DNA from: a virus
Reading direction: 5' to 3' (one strand)
Virus record (IMG/VR): IMGVR_UViG_3300021378_000020
Span: 3,460 to 67,459 of that record
DNA length: 64,000 nucleotides
Position numbers and translations under genes: made by a program. Each line of letters opens with the position of its first letter. Position 1 is the first letter of the stretch. Below are positions 54,295 through 63,822 of the stretch, in pieces. The notes beneath the pieces are model-generated. The model was not told the DNA's origin, did no database searches, and saw nothing but the letters and a program-made list of their open reading frames with translations.

Positions 54295-56571
54295 TTATAA
54301 CTTACCTAAACGAACTCTTACTTTACTGTTTTCGATAATCTGTATGTTATCATCTTCAAATTTTATTTGTGAAGTTCCAGAAACGGCATCCTTAATTCCT
54401 TCTAGAGATAATATACCACCCGAAGTAATCTCGCCGAAAGGAACGTCGGTAGTACTATTGATACTTCCACCTTGATACTGATAAACGCGTCCTGTTCCCA
54501 CAGACCAATATATGTCGTTCTGTAGTACCTCGTTAGTACCACGGTATTGTCGGACTAAATCTGACTTAGACCCTGCACCATAATCTGGGTTTATTGTAGC
54601 ATCCGTGTCAAATACAATTGCATTACCAGCAGAACCTGCTGAACCAGTAGGCCCCTGTGGCCCTTGTGCACCCTGCGCGCCAACATTACCCTGTAGACCA
54701 GTAGCACCCTGTAGACCAGTAGGGCCCTGAGCACCTTGAGCACCAACATTACCTTGTGGCCCCTGAAGACCAGTATCTCCTTTCGGGCCTGCATCTCCTT
54801 GTGGGCCTGCTATACCTTGTGGCCCTTGCGCACCTGTTTCACCTTTAGCACCTGTGTCACCTTTTGCTCCGGCGGCTCCAGTTGGCCCTTGGATACCAGT
54901 ATCCCCTTTAGGCCCGGCATCTCCCTGAGGCCCAGCGATACCTTGAGCACCTTGTAGACCAGTAGGGCCCTGATCACCAACGTCTCCTTTAGCACCAACA
55001 GAACCTTGTGGCCCCTGTGCACCTTGTGGCCCGGTGTCTCCGGTTAAACCTCTTGGGCCGACCAAACCTTGTGGGCCTGCTATACCTTGTGGGCCAGTGT
55101 CTCCTTGAAGACCTATCTCACCTTGAGCTCCTTGCAGTCCCTGTGCACCTATGTTACCTTGAAGTCCCTGTTCACCTTGGTCTCCCTTTTCTCCAACGTC
55201 TCCTTGAAGTCCTTGAGGGCCTTGAGCTCCTTGCTCACCTTGTAATCCAGTTGGGCCAATAGGGCCCTGAAGACCCTGTGGGCCTTGAGCTCCTTGATCA
55301 CCAATCGGGCCTTGAGCACCAACTGTTAGAAACGCATCTAAGAAACTACTTGACGTAATGTTTGAGGCAACAGCAGCAATCGCATATATCTGCCAGTTGA
55401 TGTTAGTAACACCGCCTGGCACTGCGGTTGGGTTTGGATTCCACAAGTAAGTACCACCATTAGTTTGGTAGATACCACCAGTCAAAGAGGTTCCCGTAGG
55501 CTGTAGGTCGTTCGGGTCATAGTCTCTAGGGGCATTAGTATAGTATGGGAAGTTTGTTTCACCAGTTGCACCGGCAGCACCCTGCTGTCCGGAACTACCT
55601 TGTAAACCAGTTGGGCCTGGTAGACCAGTCTCCCCTTGTGGGCCTTGAGCACCAGCGTCACCCTGTAAACCTTGTGGGCCCACAGGGCCTTGTGCGCCTT
55701 GTAAACCAGTTGGGCCTACGTCACCTTGAGCTCCTTGCTCACCTTGTGCACCAATAGCACCTTGAAGACCTTGCTCTCCCTTCTCTCCAATATCACCTTG
55801 TGCACCAGTCTCACCTTGACTACCTTGGACACCGATTTCACCCTGTGGGCCAGGAAGTCCCTGCGGCCCAGTTTCTCCCTGATTACCTTGAAGACCCTGA
55901 AGACCTATAGGGCCGATTGGGCCAGTATCACCTTGTTCACCTTGGTCACCTTTGATACCTTGAAGACCAGTTGACCCTACCTCACCTTGAGCTCCTTGCT
56001 CGCCTTGGTTACCTTGGACACCAATTTCTCCTTGAAGACCTATAGGCCCTTGAGCTCCTTGCTCGCCTTGGTCGCCTTTGATACCTTGGTCTCCTTGGGG
56101 CCCAGGAAGTCCTTGTGGGCCTTGAGCACCGACTTCACCTGCTAATCCTTGTGGGCCTTGTTCGCCAGTATTACCCTGAGCACCCTGTTCACCAACAGCG
56201 CCAGGAGCACCAGCAGGGCCTTGTTCACCAGCAGGGCCTGCGGCACCCATCATAGCGATACGTGTTGGTGGTTCCCACGGTGCTGGAATAGAGTCTCCGG
56301 TCGCTGGGTTACCGTTTACAAATCGTCTGCATTGCCAAAGGACTGGGAAAGAAGTGCTTAGGTCTCCTTGGAAAGTAGTCCAAGAGATTCCATCAACCGC
56401 ACCGGCCGGAGAAGGTAGACCATAAGTCCAACTATCACTAGGAAGTTGGGTCGATAGGAAATCCCCAGCATCATCGATACTGGAGATTGTTTTAGTATAA
56501 ATGTACTCAAAGCCAGACGCATCATATAGATCTGTAAAGGTTATAGATTGTGAGGCTCTTATAGTTGCCAT
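54295..56571 (-). CDS. collagen-like tail fibre with two triple-helix segments
   Basis: Uninterrupted Gly-X-Y at 56247-55555 and 55320-54619; C-terminal VRVRLGKL; ATG at 56571 with AGGA RBS. Confidence 0.85.
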   Translation of the reverse strand: MATIRASQSITFTDLYDASGFEYIYTKTISSIDDAGDFLSTQLPSDSWTYGLPSPAGAVDGISWTTFQGDLSTSFPVLWQCRRFVNGNPATGDSIPAPWEPPTRIAMMGAAGPAGEQGPAGAPGAVGEQGAQGNTGEQGPQGLAGEVGAQGPQGLPGPQGDQGIKGDQGEQGAQGPIGLQGEIGVQGNQGEQGAQGEVGSTGLQGIKGDQGEQGDTGPIGPIGLQGLQGNQGETGPQGLPGPQGEIGVQGSQGETGAQGDIGEKGEQGLQGAIGAQGEQGAQGDVGPTGLQGAQGPVGPQGLQGDAGAQGPQGETGLPGPTGLQGSSGQQGAAGATGETNFPYYTNAPRDYDPNDLQPTGTSLTGGIYQTNGGTYLWNPNPTAVPGGVTNINWQIYAIAAVASNITSSSFLDAFLTVGAQGPIGDQGAQGPQGLQGPIGPTGLQGEQGAQGPQGLQGDVGEKGDQGEQGLQGNIGAQGLQGAQGEIGLQGDTGPQGIAGPQGLVGPRGLTGDTGPQGAQGPQGSVGAKGDVGDQGPTGLQGAQGIAGPQGDAGPKGDTGIQGPTGAAGAKGDTGAKGETGAQGPQGIAGPQGDAGPKGDTGLQGPQGNVGAQGAQGPTGLQGATGLQGNVGAQGAQGPQGPTGSAGSAGNAIVFDTDATINPDYGAGSKSDLVRQYRGTNEVLQNDIYWSVGTGRVYQYQGGSINSTTDVPFGEITSGGILSLEGIKDAVSGTSQIKFEDDNIQIIENSKVRVRLGKL

Positions 56572-56591
56572 TTTACTTCCTACCAATTAAT

Positions 56592-57809
56592 TTATGGTGT
56601 AGTTACAGTAACATTACAACGAATGCTGATTGGCGCGCCTGTATCTGGAATATCAGATGGGCCGACAATTACTTGATTAGTGTTGACTTCTGCGGAACTG
56701 GTTGAACCGTTTGCAGCGCGTCGTACTGGACTACCACCAGAACCCAGAGGGGTGCCAGATGCATCTGTCTGTACTTCTAGACTTGCGTTCGCAACATAAA
56801 CCTGAGCACCTGAGATCCATTCCCAGCCATATGCTACAGACATACCACCAACACCGTCGCTGAGTTCAGAACCATCGTTCGCGTCATATACTTTCGCGGT
56901 CAATGTGACTGGGTCACCTTGGTTATTGCGGAATACTACAGGGTTGTTTGCTTCTAGTTCAACATATACTGCTGCACGACCAGCTCGAACCTTACTGAAA
57001 GTAACCGCATCTTTACCTTGTTCACCACTTACACGAACTGTAAGAGTCGAACTACCGTCACCGATATTCTCTGGTTTAATCTCTAGACGAGCACCAGATA
57101 CAGCAGTAGTTGGTAGAGTACCAGTTGAGAATGCACCTGAGGCATCATCATCGTAACCAGCAATACCACCAGCGTTATTAGAGGTAGAAGTCTGAGTCTG
57201 GAATGGAGCACCGTCCAATGAAGTTTCATAGTCCAATGCGCCTGGAGAACCAGCGATGTCGAATAGGATAGAACTGTTGTTTTGACTACCTAGGATTTTA
57301 CCGTCTGCATCAGCAGAGAAGATTTGACTAGATGGAATCAAGTTAATGATTGTACCACCAGCACCATCTTGAATACGGTTAACAGAAAGTTCTAGAGTGA
57401 ACGTTCCAGTTGTACCGCCATTGTTATATGTGACCGGTACAAGAATAGTTGCAGATGAAGGTACACCGATTTGGTCAGCATATACAACACCAGCACCTTT
57501 AGTTACACCACCACCGATATCTGTGCCGGCAGATTGTGATACTAGGAATTCCCATCCGCTTACCGCAGAGATAGAACCTAGTGTAAACTGACCTTCTGAT
57601 GGAGAAGAACCAGTTGCGAATGACTGTTCGGTACCACCAATGAATACCTTTACAGAACATGAAAAGTCACGTCTTGTTGCATCGGATACAACACCCGCAT
57701 CACTTGCCGCAAAGGTGTGGTTTTCGTTAGTCAAGAACGCAGTTACCGAACTCTGGCCATCTGCCAAGTCGGTTAGGGTTATGGCGGCGGTTGCCGTTCT
57801 AAGTGCCAT
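56592..57809 (-). CDS. tail fibre adaptor with Ig-like beta domains
   Basis: ITLTDLADG..FLTNENHTF..VFRNNQG..TLTAKVY..YGWEW; all-beta composition. Confidence 0.65.
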   Translation of the reverse strand: MALRTATAAITLTDLADGQSSVTAFLTNENHTFAASDAGVVSDATRRDFSCSVKVFIGGTEQSFATGSSPSEGQFTLGSISAVSGWEFLVSQSAGTDIGGGVTKGAGVVYADQIGVPSSATILVPVTYNNGGTTGTFTLELSVNRIQDGAGGTIINLIPSSQIFSADADGKILGSQNNSSILFDIAGSPGALDYETSLDGAPFQTQTSTSNNAGGIAGYDDDASGAFSTGTLPTTAVSGARLEIKPENIGDGSSTLTVRVSGEQGKDAVTFSKVRAGRAAVYVELEANNPVVFRNNQGDPVTLTAKVYDANDGSELSDGVGGMSVAYGWEWISGAQVYVANASLEVQTDASGTPLGSGGSPVRRAANGSTSSAEVNTNQVIVGPSDIPDTGAPISIRCNVTVTTP

Positions 57810-57811
57810 TG

Positions 57812-58693
57812 TTAATCCTCTTGTTTATCGTTAATTGTTAATTGCAAAGGTAAGGTACCCGAATTAGGAACCGCCTGCGCTTCTATGTTTAAAGTTTTTA
57901 ATTCACCGTTAGGGAAATTGTCTACATCCCCAGAGTTAGTGGCAGGAACGCCAAACCCTATAGGACATGTACCATCAGGCTCAACAGTGACAATATTTCC
58001 GTCAATGTGTGAGACATATCGCGTTGTTTCGTGGACACATACAAGTGCACCGCCACTAGTCCATTCATAATTAAATTTATTATAGTCCTCCGATGATATT
58101 TCAGTACCATCAGATGTTATAAATGCTTTTACTTCCGTCTGACCAGTGTCATTGCGGAAGATGTTTCCATTAGGTGCGAGTATATCAACCATCAAGTTAG
58201 GTAGACCACGGTCGTAGATTAGTACTGGGACAGACCACTTATCAACAGGGACTTCTTGCTCGTCCTCTGTACCGATAACTGTGGTCTGTACCATGAATAC
58301 ATATCGACCAGTAGTAGGTAGGTCATCACTCCAACCATTGAAGTCCGTGCTAGAACCTACAGTGGTTATTAAGTCACCTGTCGCGAAAGTATATGTTGTG
58401 GAAACGTTTATGTCTTGGTCAGCTGAAAGAACCTCTTCATTGGAACTCTTATATAGAAGTATGTTCGCTGTACCCGTTCCCCCATCGGGGTCTATACCGT
58501 CCAACTGAATAGTGATCTCATCTTCTACTATTTGTTTGAGTTGTTCGGCAGACACACCTCCACTACCACCACCCAAAGAAATGAGGGTGTAGAGTTCAGA
58601 GAAGTTATCATTAATCTTCTGACTGGCGTTGCGAAGGGTATCGCCCTTACCATCGTTTGCAGCGCCACCAGTATTAAGTATTTGTCTAGCCAT
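57812..58693 (-). CDS. baseplate fibre connector with a gp9/gp10-like N-terminus
   Basis: MARQILNTGGAANDGKGDTLRNASQKINDNFSELY. Confidence 0.75.
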   Translation of the reverse strand: MARQILNTGGAANDGKGDTLRNASQKINDNFSELYTLISLGGGSGGVSAEQLKQIVEDEITIQLDGIDPDGGTGTANILLYKSSNEEVLSADQDINVSTTYTFATGDLITTVGSSTDFNGWSDDLPTTGRYVFMVQTTVIGTEDEQEVPVDKWSVPVLIYDRGLPNLMVDILAPNGNIFRNDTGQTEVKAFITSDGTEISSEDYNKFNYEWTSGGALVCVHETTRYVSHIDGNIVTVEPDGTCPIGFGVPATNSGDVDNFPNGELKTLNIEAQAVPNSGTLPLQLTINDKQED

Positions 58694-58718
58694 CAGCGGC
58701 CCCTGTATTAATCACTCT

Positions 58719-58726
58719 TATTTATA
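58719..58726 (-). promoter_or_regulatory. T4-type late promoter
   Basis: TATAAATA. Confidence 0.75.
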
Positions 58727-58729
58727 AAT

Positions 58730-59692
58730 TTAAAGATATGTGTCATCGTCTAGTGTTTCGTATCCCGAAGATATGTCCAGACCTTCATCGTCTAGTCGAG
58801 ATGACGCAACACCGACCCAATTACCAATCGTACCGAAGTCGTCTGCTAGGTCTTGTAGAGACATACCGTCGTACTTCTCTAGGGTCTCTAGGGAACTTAC
58901 AACAATACCGGAACCCTCATCTCTTTGTAACTGAGACCGTGCATCCATAATATCTGTCTCTTCCATAGTCAGTAGACTGTAACGAGAGGTCATAGCAGTA
59001 GGTAACGCAGTACCTTGAATAACAATTGGATAGTTAGGTGTTTCTAACGGGTCAGTTGTAAGTCCCGCTCGCAGGTTGAGATCCGCAATACCTTGGGTCT
59101 CAACTTCTGCAGCTAGATAGAAACCAGCAGGGTGTACCAACTTTTTATATAGAGTTTCATAGTCACTGAGTGACATACCTGTTTTCAAAAGAATTGAGAA
59201 GATTTGATACTTCTTGTCATCTTGAATATATTTGAGTGACTCTGGGCCGATTAATGAACCGCCCGGTTTATCGTTCAGTATAAAAATGTTACGTTTGGGA
59301 TATGATACTTCGACAGATTCATTATAGAATGCTTTAAAGAACTGTTCCGCAGATAACTTTGTACCCTTGTTACGATAGAAGTCGGAAAGAAGTTTCGCCA
59401 TCAACCGTGGGTTTTGATAGAACGAAGTTGTCTCTAAACCATCACTAATCTCTCCTATCAAAAGATTCAAGTGTTTTATGTCGGTCGAAGAGATATCCCG
59501 TATATTAAATAAATCATGAATCTGGTCAGTAAACGAAGCAGACCCATCTTCTCCGGTGTATGCGTAATACACCTCAATAAACTTAATTAAATCCGGATAC
59601 TGTTCCTGATAGAATTCAGGAAGTATTTGAGTTACCTGACTCTGATGAAACTTAGCATTCGTTCGATATTGATTAGCGAGAAATCGTGACAT
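58730..59692 (-). CDS. baseplate wedge protein (short gp7-like)
   Basis: LPEFYQEQYPDLIKFIEVYY..FYRNKGT..YP..IQDDKKYQIFS..VHPAG; follows gp6. Confidence 0.7.
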   Translation of the reverse strand: MSRFLANQYRTNAKFHQSQVTQILPEFYQEQYPDLIKFIEVYYAYTGEDGSASFTDQIHDLFNIRDISSTDIKHLNLLIGEISDGLETTSFYQNPRLMAKLLSDFYRNKGTKLSAEQFFKAFYNESVEVSYPKRNIFILNDKPGGSLIGPESLKYIQDDKKYQIFSILLKTGMSLSDYETLYKKLVHPAGFYLAAEVETQGIADLNLRAGLTTDPLETPNYPIVIQGTALPTAMTSRYSLLTMEETDIMDARSQLQRDEGSGIVVSSLETLEKYDGMSLQDLADDFGTIGNWVGVASSRLDDEGLDISSGYETLDDDTYL

Positions 59693-61539
59693 TACAATAG
59701 AACCTTAGTGGCTCCGGAGTCTACTCTACCTGTGGTAGACGAGGCCTCACTATCCAGAGCAAAGATGTAGTTTCTCAATGGACTAATTGTACTCTGGTTC
59801 GCCGGAGTTGCACTTATTTTAATACCCCTACCCACGTACCCCGCTTTGTCTACTAACAAGGAATTCAAGAATATCGTACCTTTAGCAGGGTCATATGAAC
59901 CGATGTTGGCAATTCTCACAACACCATTGAGGTCTACGAGTTGTAGTTTGGTCGAACCCAATTCGTTCTTGACCAATACGTTCCGTCCATTAGACTTGAA
60001 TACCGTAGAGGTTACTACGTAGTCGTCTTTATCCGGTGCTGCTAGAATAACAGGGAAGTTGACAGTATAGTCCTGTTCGATATACGTGTTGAAAGGGATG
60101 CCCGCCGCTGTTTGTGCAGCTTCTAAATCCGCAACCAATTGAGTGATGTCGATTAACTGTTGTACCTTAATGTCCATTCTAGAGTTTAAGATTGCAGTAG
60201 AAAATGAGTCTATTAAAGACAATAGATTAGAACGTCGGAATACTGAATCGAATTGGTTCAGATTAATACTCATATAACTTTGTATTAGTTCGTCAACCTG
60301 TACCTGAAGTGCTTCTGGAGTTGTGGTGTTCTTGATAGGGTCGATATTAAAAAACGTCTGGAGTTCTAGGTAAGTGAATTGAGGTTCAACAAACTCTGTA
60401 TCGATAGACATGATAGATAGATTAGAAGTCAGTTGGTTCCTAATCATATCTTCAACCATAGTCTTAGAGTTCTCATCAACTCCTTCTAGGAAGTTTAAAC
60501 TCACAAACACCTTACCGTACTGTGGGGGTACATTATCGTTACCGCCCCATGTTGCAACATCATTTACATATGCACCATAGTTACTTAATATCAATCCAGT
60601 GTAATCATCTGCGGTGACCAATCGGTTCTGTGCAGAGTATGCAAGTGGCGCGTTCAACTTGATGGACTGTATGCTTTCAGGATTAGAACCACCCGCTGAA
60701 TTAGATACGGTTGTTACTTCGATAACGTAACCTGTACCAGAGAACTCATTCAAGGTGAACGTCGTCGCACCATTAGCAGCAGGGCCATTGGTCGCAATAT
60801 ACTCTACCCTAATGACGTTTCCTGTCTGTGGTCGAACCCCAAGTACGTTACCATCTCCGAATATCATCTCGTAATCACCGTTGTGAGATTCGCGTACCAT
60901 GTACACGCGTGACTCATCAGAGACAGTCGCAACCTCTTTAACGTTAAGATATATTTCAGATTCTTCGGTGGTACCATTAGGAAACACATTGACTATCATT
61001 GTAGATGTGTCTAATGTGCTTTCTGGAATAACATAAGGTATATCGATATTGCTGTCTGCAAGGAACGTCTTGAATTGTTCCTTACCTTCTATCAGAGTTA
61101 CTCCGGTGAACGTAAATGTGTCGGTACCAGAGTTAGCCACAGTGTAGTTCTGTGTAGTAAAGAACTCGTAGTTGGACTCATCAATGGAAGCAAAGAAACT
61201 CGAACCTTTAGGTAAGGTGAATGAGGTTGGGCCACCAGCGATAGTGATTGTAACATCGACCACTGCTCGAGCAGCAGTGCTTGATTTAGGGAAGTAACCT
61301 AAACTCTCTGCATGTGATACTACCGATGAACGTAACTGAGATGTGCTCAGGAACGACTCATTGATAGACATGTTGGCAGTAAGACCATTAATATGTGTGT
61401 TATATGCCAAGATATCTAGGATGTTAGATAGACCACTTGCATCAAAATCATAGTCCTCGAACTCCCCACTATTTCGGAAGTACGTTTTTAGTTTGGACTT
61501 AATGTCATAGAAATCTAAGTCAGATGTATTAATAGTCAT
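59692..61539 (-). CDS. gp6: baseplate wedge subunit (T4 gp6)
   Basis: LDFYDIK..DYDFDASGL..LDILAYNTH..NESFL..FGDG..AQNRLVTADDY..WGG..YGKVF. Confidence 0.95.
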   Translation of the reverse strand: MTINTSDLDFYDIKSKLKTYFRNSGEFEDYDFDASGLSNILDILAYNTHINGLTANMSINESFLSTSQLRSSVVSHAESLGYFPKSSTAARAVVDVTITIAGGPTSFTLPKGSSFFASIDESNYEFFTTQNYTVANSGTDTFTFTGVTLIEGKEQFKTFLADSNIDIPYVIPESTLDTSTMIVNVFPNGTTEESEIYLNVKEVATVSDESRVYMVRESHNGDYEMIFGDGNVLGVRPQTGNVIRVEYIATNGPAANGATTFTLNEFSGTGYVIEVTTVSNSAGGSNPESIQSIKLNAPLAYSAQNRLVTADDYTGLILSNYGAYVNDVATWGGNDNVPPQYGKVFVSLNFLEGVDENSKTMVEDMIRNQLTSNLSIMSIDTEFVEPQFTYLELQTFFNIDPIKNTTTPEALQVQVDELIQSYMSINLNQFDSVFRRSNLLSLIDSFSTAILNSRMDIKVQQLIDITQLVADLEAAQTAAGIPFNTYIEQDYTVNFPVILAAPDKDDYVVTSTVFKSNGRNVLVKNELGSTKLQLVDLNGVVRIANIGSYDPAKGTIFLNSLLVDKAGYVGRGIKISATPANQSTISPLRNYIFALDSEASSTTGRVDSGATKVLL

Positions 61540-61983
61540 TTATCTTGCCCTTGCAATAGTTAAACCTAGAGTAACGACCTTGGTTGTATTAACAACACTA
61601 AAGGTTATAGTTAGGCTTGCCGAGTTATAATCTGGGTTAATATTAACCTGTATGTCTTTAAGTACCGCTCTAGGTTCATAGTTTTCTATGGTAGAACGTA
61701 CCCTTTGTTCTATATCGTCTTCATCCAAATCAGTTGACAATGAGAACAGTATCTGCTCGAGCCCCGCACCATAATATGGACGAAATGGCATAACTCCCTT
61801 TTCTGTCATCAAGAGATTCTTTACAGACTGACGAACTGCCGCAGCATCAGTCGTCTTGTATATGTCCCCTGTAGTAGGGTTGGGGGTGAACGTACAGTCA
61901 ATATCCGAATACGTACGTTCAATCGTAGTAGTAATCGGTTTGTTCTGTAAGTTACCGTCTTGTATTGAGAATGCTTTTGCCAT
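61540..61983 (-). CDS. gp25: baseplate wedge / sheath initiator (T4 gp25)
   Basis: YSDID..AVRQSVKNL..PFRPYYG..IENYEPR. Confidence 0.93.
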   Translation of the reverse strand: MAKAFSIQDGNLQNKPITTTIERTYSDIDCTFTPNPTTGDIYKTTDAAAVRQSVKNLLMTEKGVMPFRPYYGAGLEQILFSLSTDLDEDDIEQRVRSTIENYEPRAVLKDIQVNINPDYNSASLTITFSVVNTTKVVTLGLTIARAR

Positions 61984-62005
61984 AATGGTTAAACTCTTTT
62001 TGTAC

Positions 62006-62013
62006 TATTTATA
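62006..62013 (-). promoter_or_regulatory. T4-type late promoter upstream of gp25
   Basis: TATAAATA. Confidence 0.75.
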
Positions 62014-63196
62014 CAGTTAACGTGTCATCATTTAACGGTAATTCAGGTAAAGTTAGTTCGAATGATGTCGGGATACCTATCAACCCAAGTACGTCACAGA
62101 ATGTCAGCGTTAGGAAGTCAAGTAGAGCACCTAATCCTATAGCATCCAAAAAAGATTTAATTTTCTTTATCCACATGTTAATGAGTTCTTTCTGCCACTG
62201 TGCGAACCAATCTCTTGCGGCACGTACAAGGTCTGCAATCTCCTCCTCCGGACATTTAACATTGGTATTAATCTCACCCCCAATGATATCTTGTAAGGAC
62301 ATACCGAATAGACTTATATCTTTCAGTTGGTCTTGGACGAACCCACCGACACTGAAGTCTTCGATGTCGGTATTCAACTTGTCTAGTTGATCTTGAGCAT
62401 TCTTCTTAGCATCACCGACCGCAGTCTCGATGTCTTTCTTGAGTTGTTCTGCTTGTTGTTCTAGTGATTCTTTGTACTGAATTGCCTGCGCCTTGAACCC
62501 ATCTATCTGCCCACGTATCCATGTCTCTACATCGAATGTGAGTAGAGCGGGTAGACTAGGTAGACCTAATGTATCCCATATCGTCTTAAACTTGTCAATC
62601 AACTTGCCGAATGCAGCATGTAGTGTGTTGGTGCAGAAAAGGATGATTTCATTCTTAAAGTAGTCCCATGTCAACTTACCCTTCCATTCATCACACAACA
62701 CACCAAACTCGCCATCATAGTACTGGTACCCTTTAGGAACCATACCGTAGAACTTATCTACTTCGGATGTAATCTGTCTCTTGATACTTTCCTGTTCGTC
62801 CTTCTCCAGTATCTTGAGTACATCAACACTGATTCCCATAATGGATACAGTGAACCCTATTGGTATTACCTTGGATATCATCTCCAACATCTTGGCTGGG
62901 ATGTAGATATGGAACTCATCTATCAGTTCAGACCATGCCTCTCTACCTTCCTTCTGCCAGTTACGTATCTGACCTTTCTGCCAGTACGGTGATAGGATAC
63001 TGGACTGTAGTTCTGCAAAGTCTTCTATCTGTTTGACGACATCATCTATCTGCTTCTGTACCTCGGCATCCAAGTCTGGGGTCGAAACGGAGTACGCCTT
63101 CAACTGACTAGGTATCATTAGGATGTCATTGTACACCTGAACGAACTCGGCCTTAGTAGGTAGAGTTGTACCAGAACATGGAAGTTCCGTCATCAT
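62009..63196 (-). CDS. hypothetical helical baseplate-region protein
   Basis: 395 aa, overlaps the gp5 stop; amphipathic helices and a central coiled coil. Confidence 0.7.
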   Translation of the reverse strand: MMTELPCSGTTLPTKAEFVQVYNDILMIPSQLKAYSVSTPDLDAEVQKQIDDVVKQIEDFAELQSSILSPYWQKGQIRNWQKEGREAWSELIDEFHIYIPAKMLEMISKVIPIGFTVSIMGISVDVLKILEKDEQESIKRQITSEVDKFYGMVPKGYQYYDGEFGVLCDEWKGKLTWDYFKNEIILFCTNTLHAAFGKLIDKFKTIWDTLGLPSLPALLTFDVETWIRGQIDGFKAQAIQYKESLEQQAEQLKKDIETAVGDAKKNAQDQLDKLNTDIEDFSVGGFVQDQLKDISLFGMSLQDIIGGEINTNVKCPEEEIADLVRAARDWFAQWQKELINMWIKKIKSFLDAIGLGALLDFLTLTFCDVLGLIGIPTSFELTLPELPLNDDTLTV

Positions 63197-63822
63197 GAGT
63201 TTAGTTTGACCACATCACCGTTCACATTAACGACAGGTGCGGTGACATTGATTTCACCGGAGGCCTTGATTGTTATAGTTCTAGCCTTAGATTCAGTAGC
63301 ATCAATCGTCATGTTACCGTCTTTGTCTATCTCGTAGTACGTACCCGACTTGTGGTATTCTTTAATACGTTCAGCGCCAAGCGTATCATCATACTCTTTG
63401 TAGTGACCCCTCTCTGTTTCATAAACCTTATTATGGGGATAGTTCTCTAGTGCTTTGGAGTTTGTATCGGGTTCTGTGATGGGTTTTTTTGTTTTGGTAT
63501 CCACTTTTCCAGTGTCGTTTTCTTTGGGTACAGTACCAATAACCATAGGCAACTGAGAGTTCTGACCATCCAAGAACATACCAAACACTTGTGCACCCAC
63601 AAGTATACCTAGGTTCTGTCCCTTACCTTTGTGGATACCTGTAGTAACGGGTACAACAATCTGGGCCCATGGCAGGTCGTCTTCTTCAACATCATCGTAA
63701 ACCCCGAAAACTCTAACCTTGACTCTACCTAGTTTCTTAGGGTCGTCCTTTACATTAACAACCTCACCAAGGAACCACCGAGTCTGGTCTCCATAGAAGT
63801 CAATAAAATTATTAGGTATCAT
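63193..63822 (-). CDS. gp5: baseplate central spike (gp5-like OB fold plus short beta-helix, no lysozyme domain)
   Basis: WFLGEV..DPKKLGRVKVR..LPWA..VFGMFLDG..YPHNKVYETERGH..EYDDT..ERI..HKSGT. Confidence 0.88.
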   Translation of the reverse strand: MIPNNFIDFYGDQTRWFLGEVVNVKDDPKKLGRVKVRVFGVYDDVEEDDLPWAQIVVPVTTGIHKGKGQNLGILVGAQVFGMFLDGQNSQLPMVIGTVPKENDTGKVDTKTKKPITEPDTNSKALENYPHNKVYETERGHYKEYDDTLGAERIKEYHKSGTYYEIDKDGNMTIDATESKARTITIKASGEINVTAPVVNVNGDVVKLNS

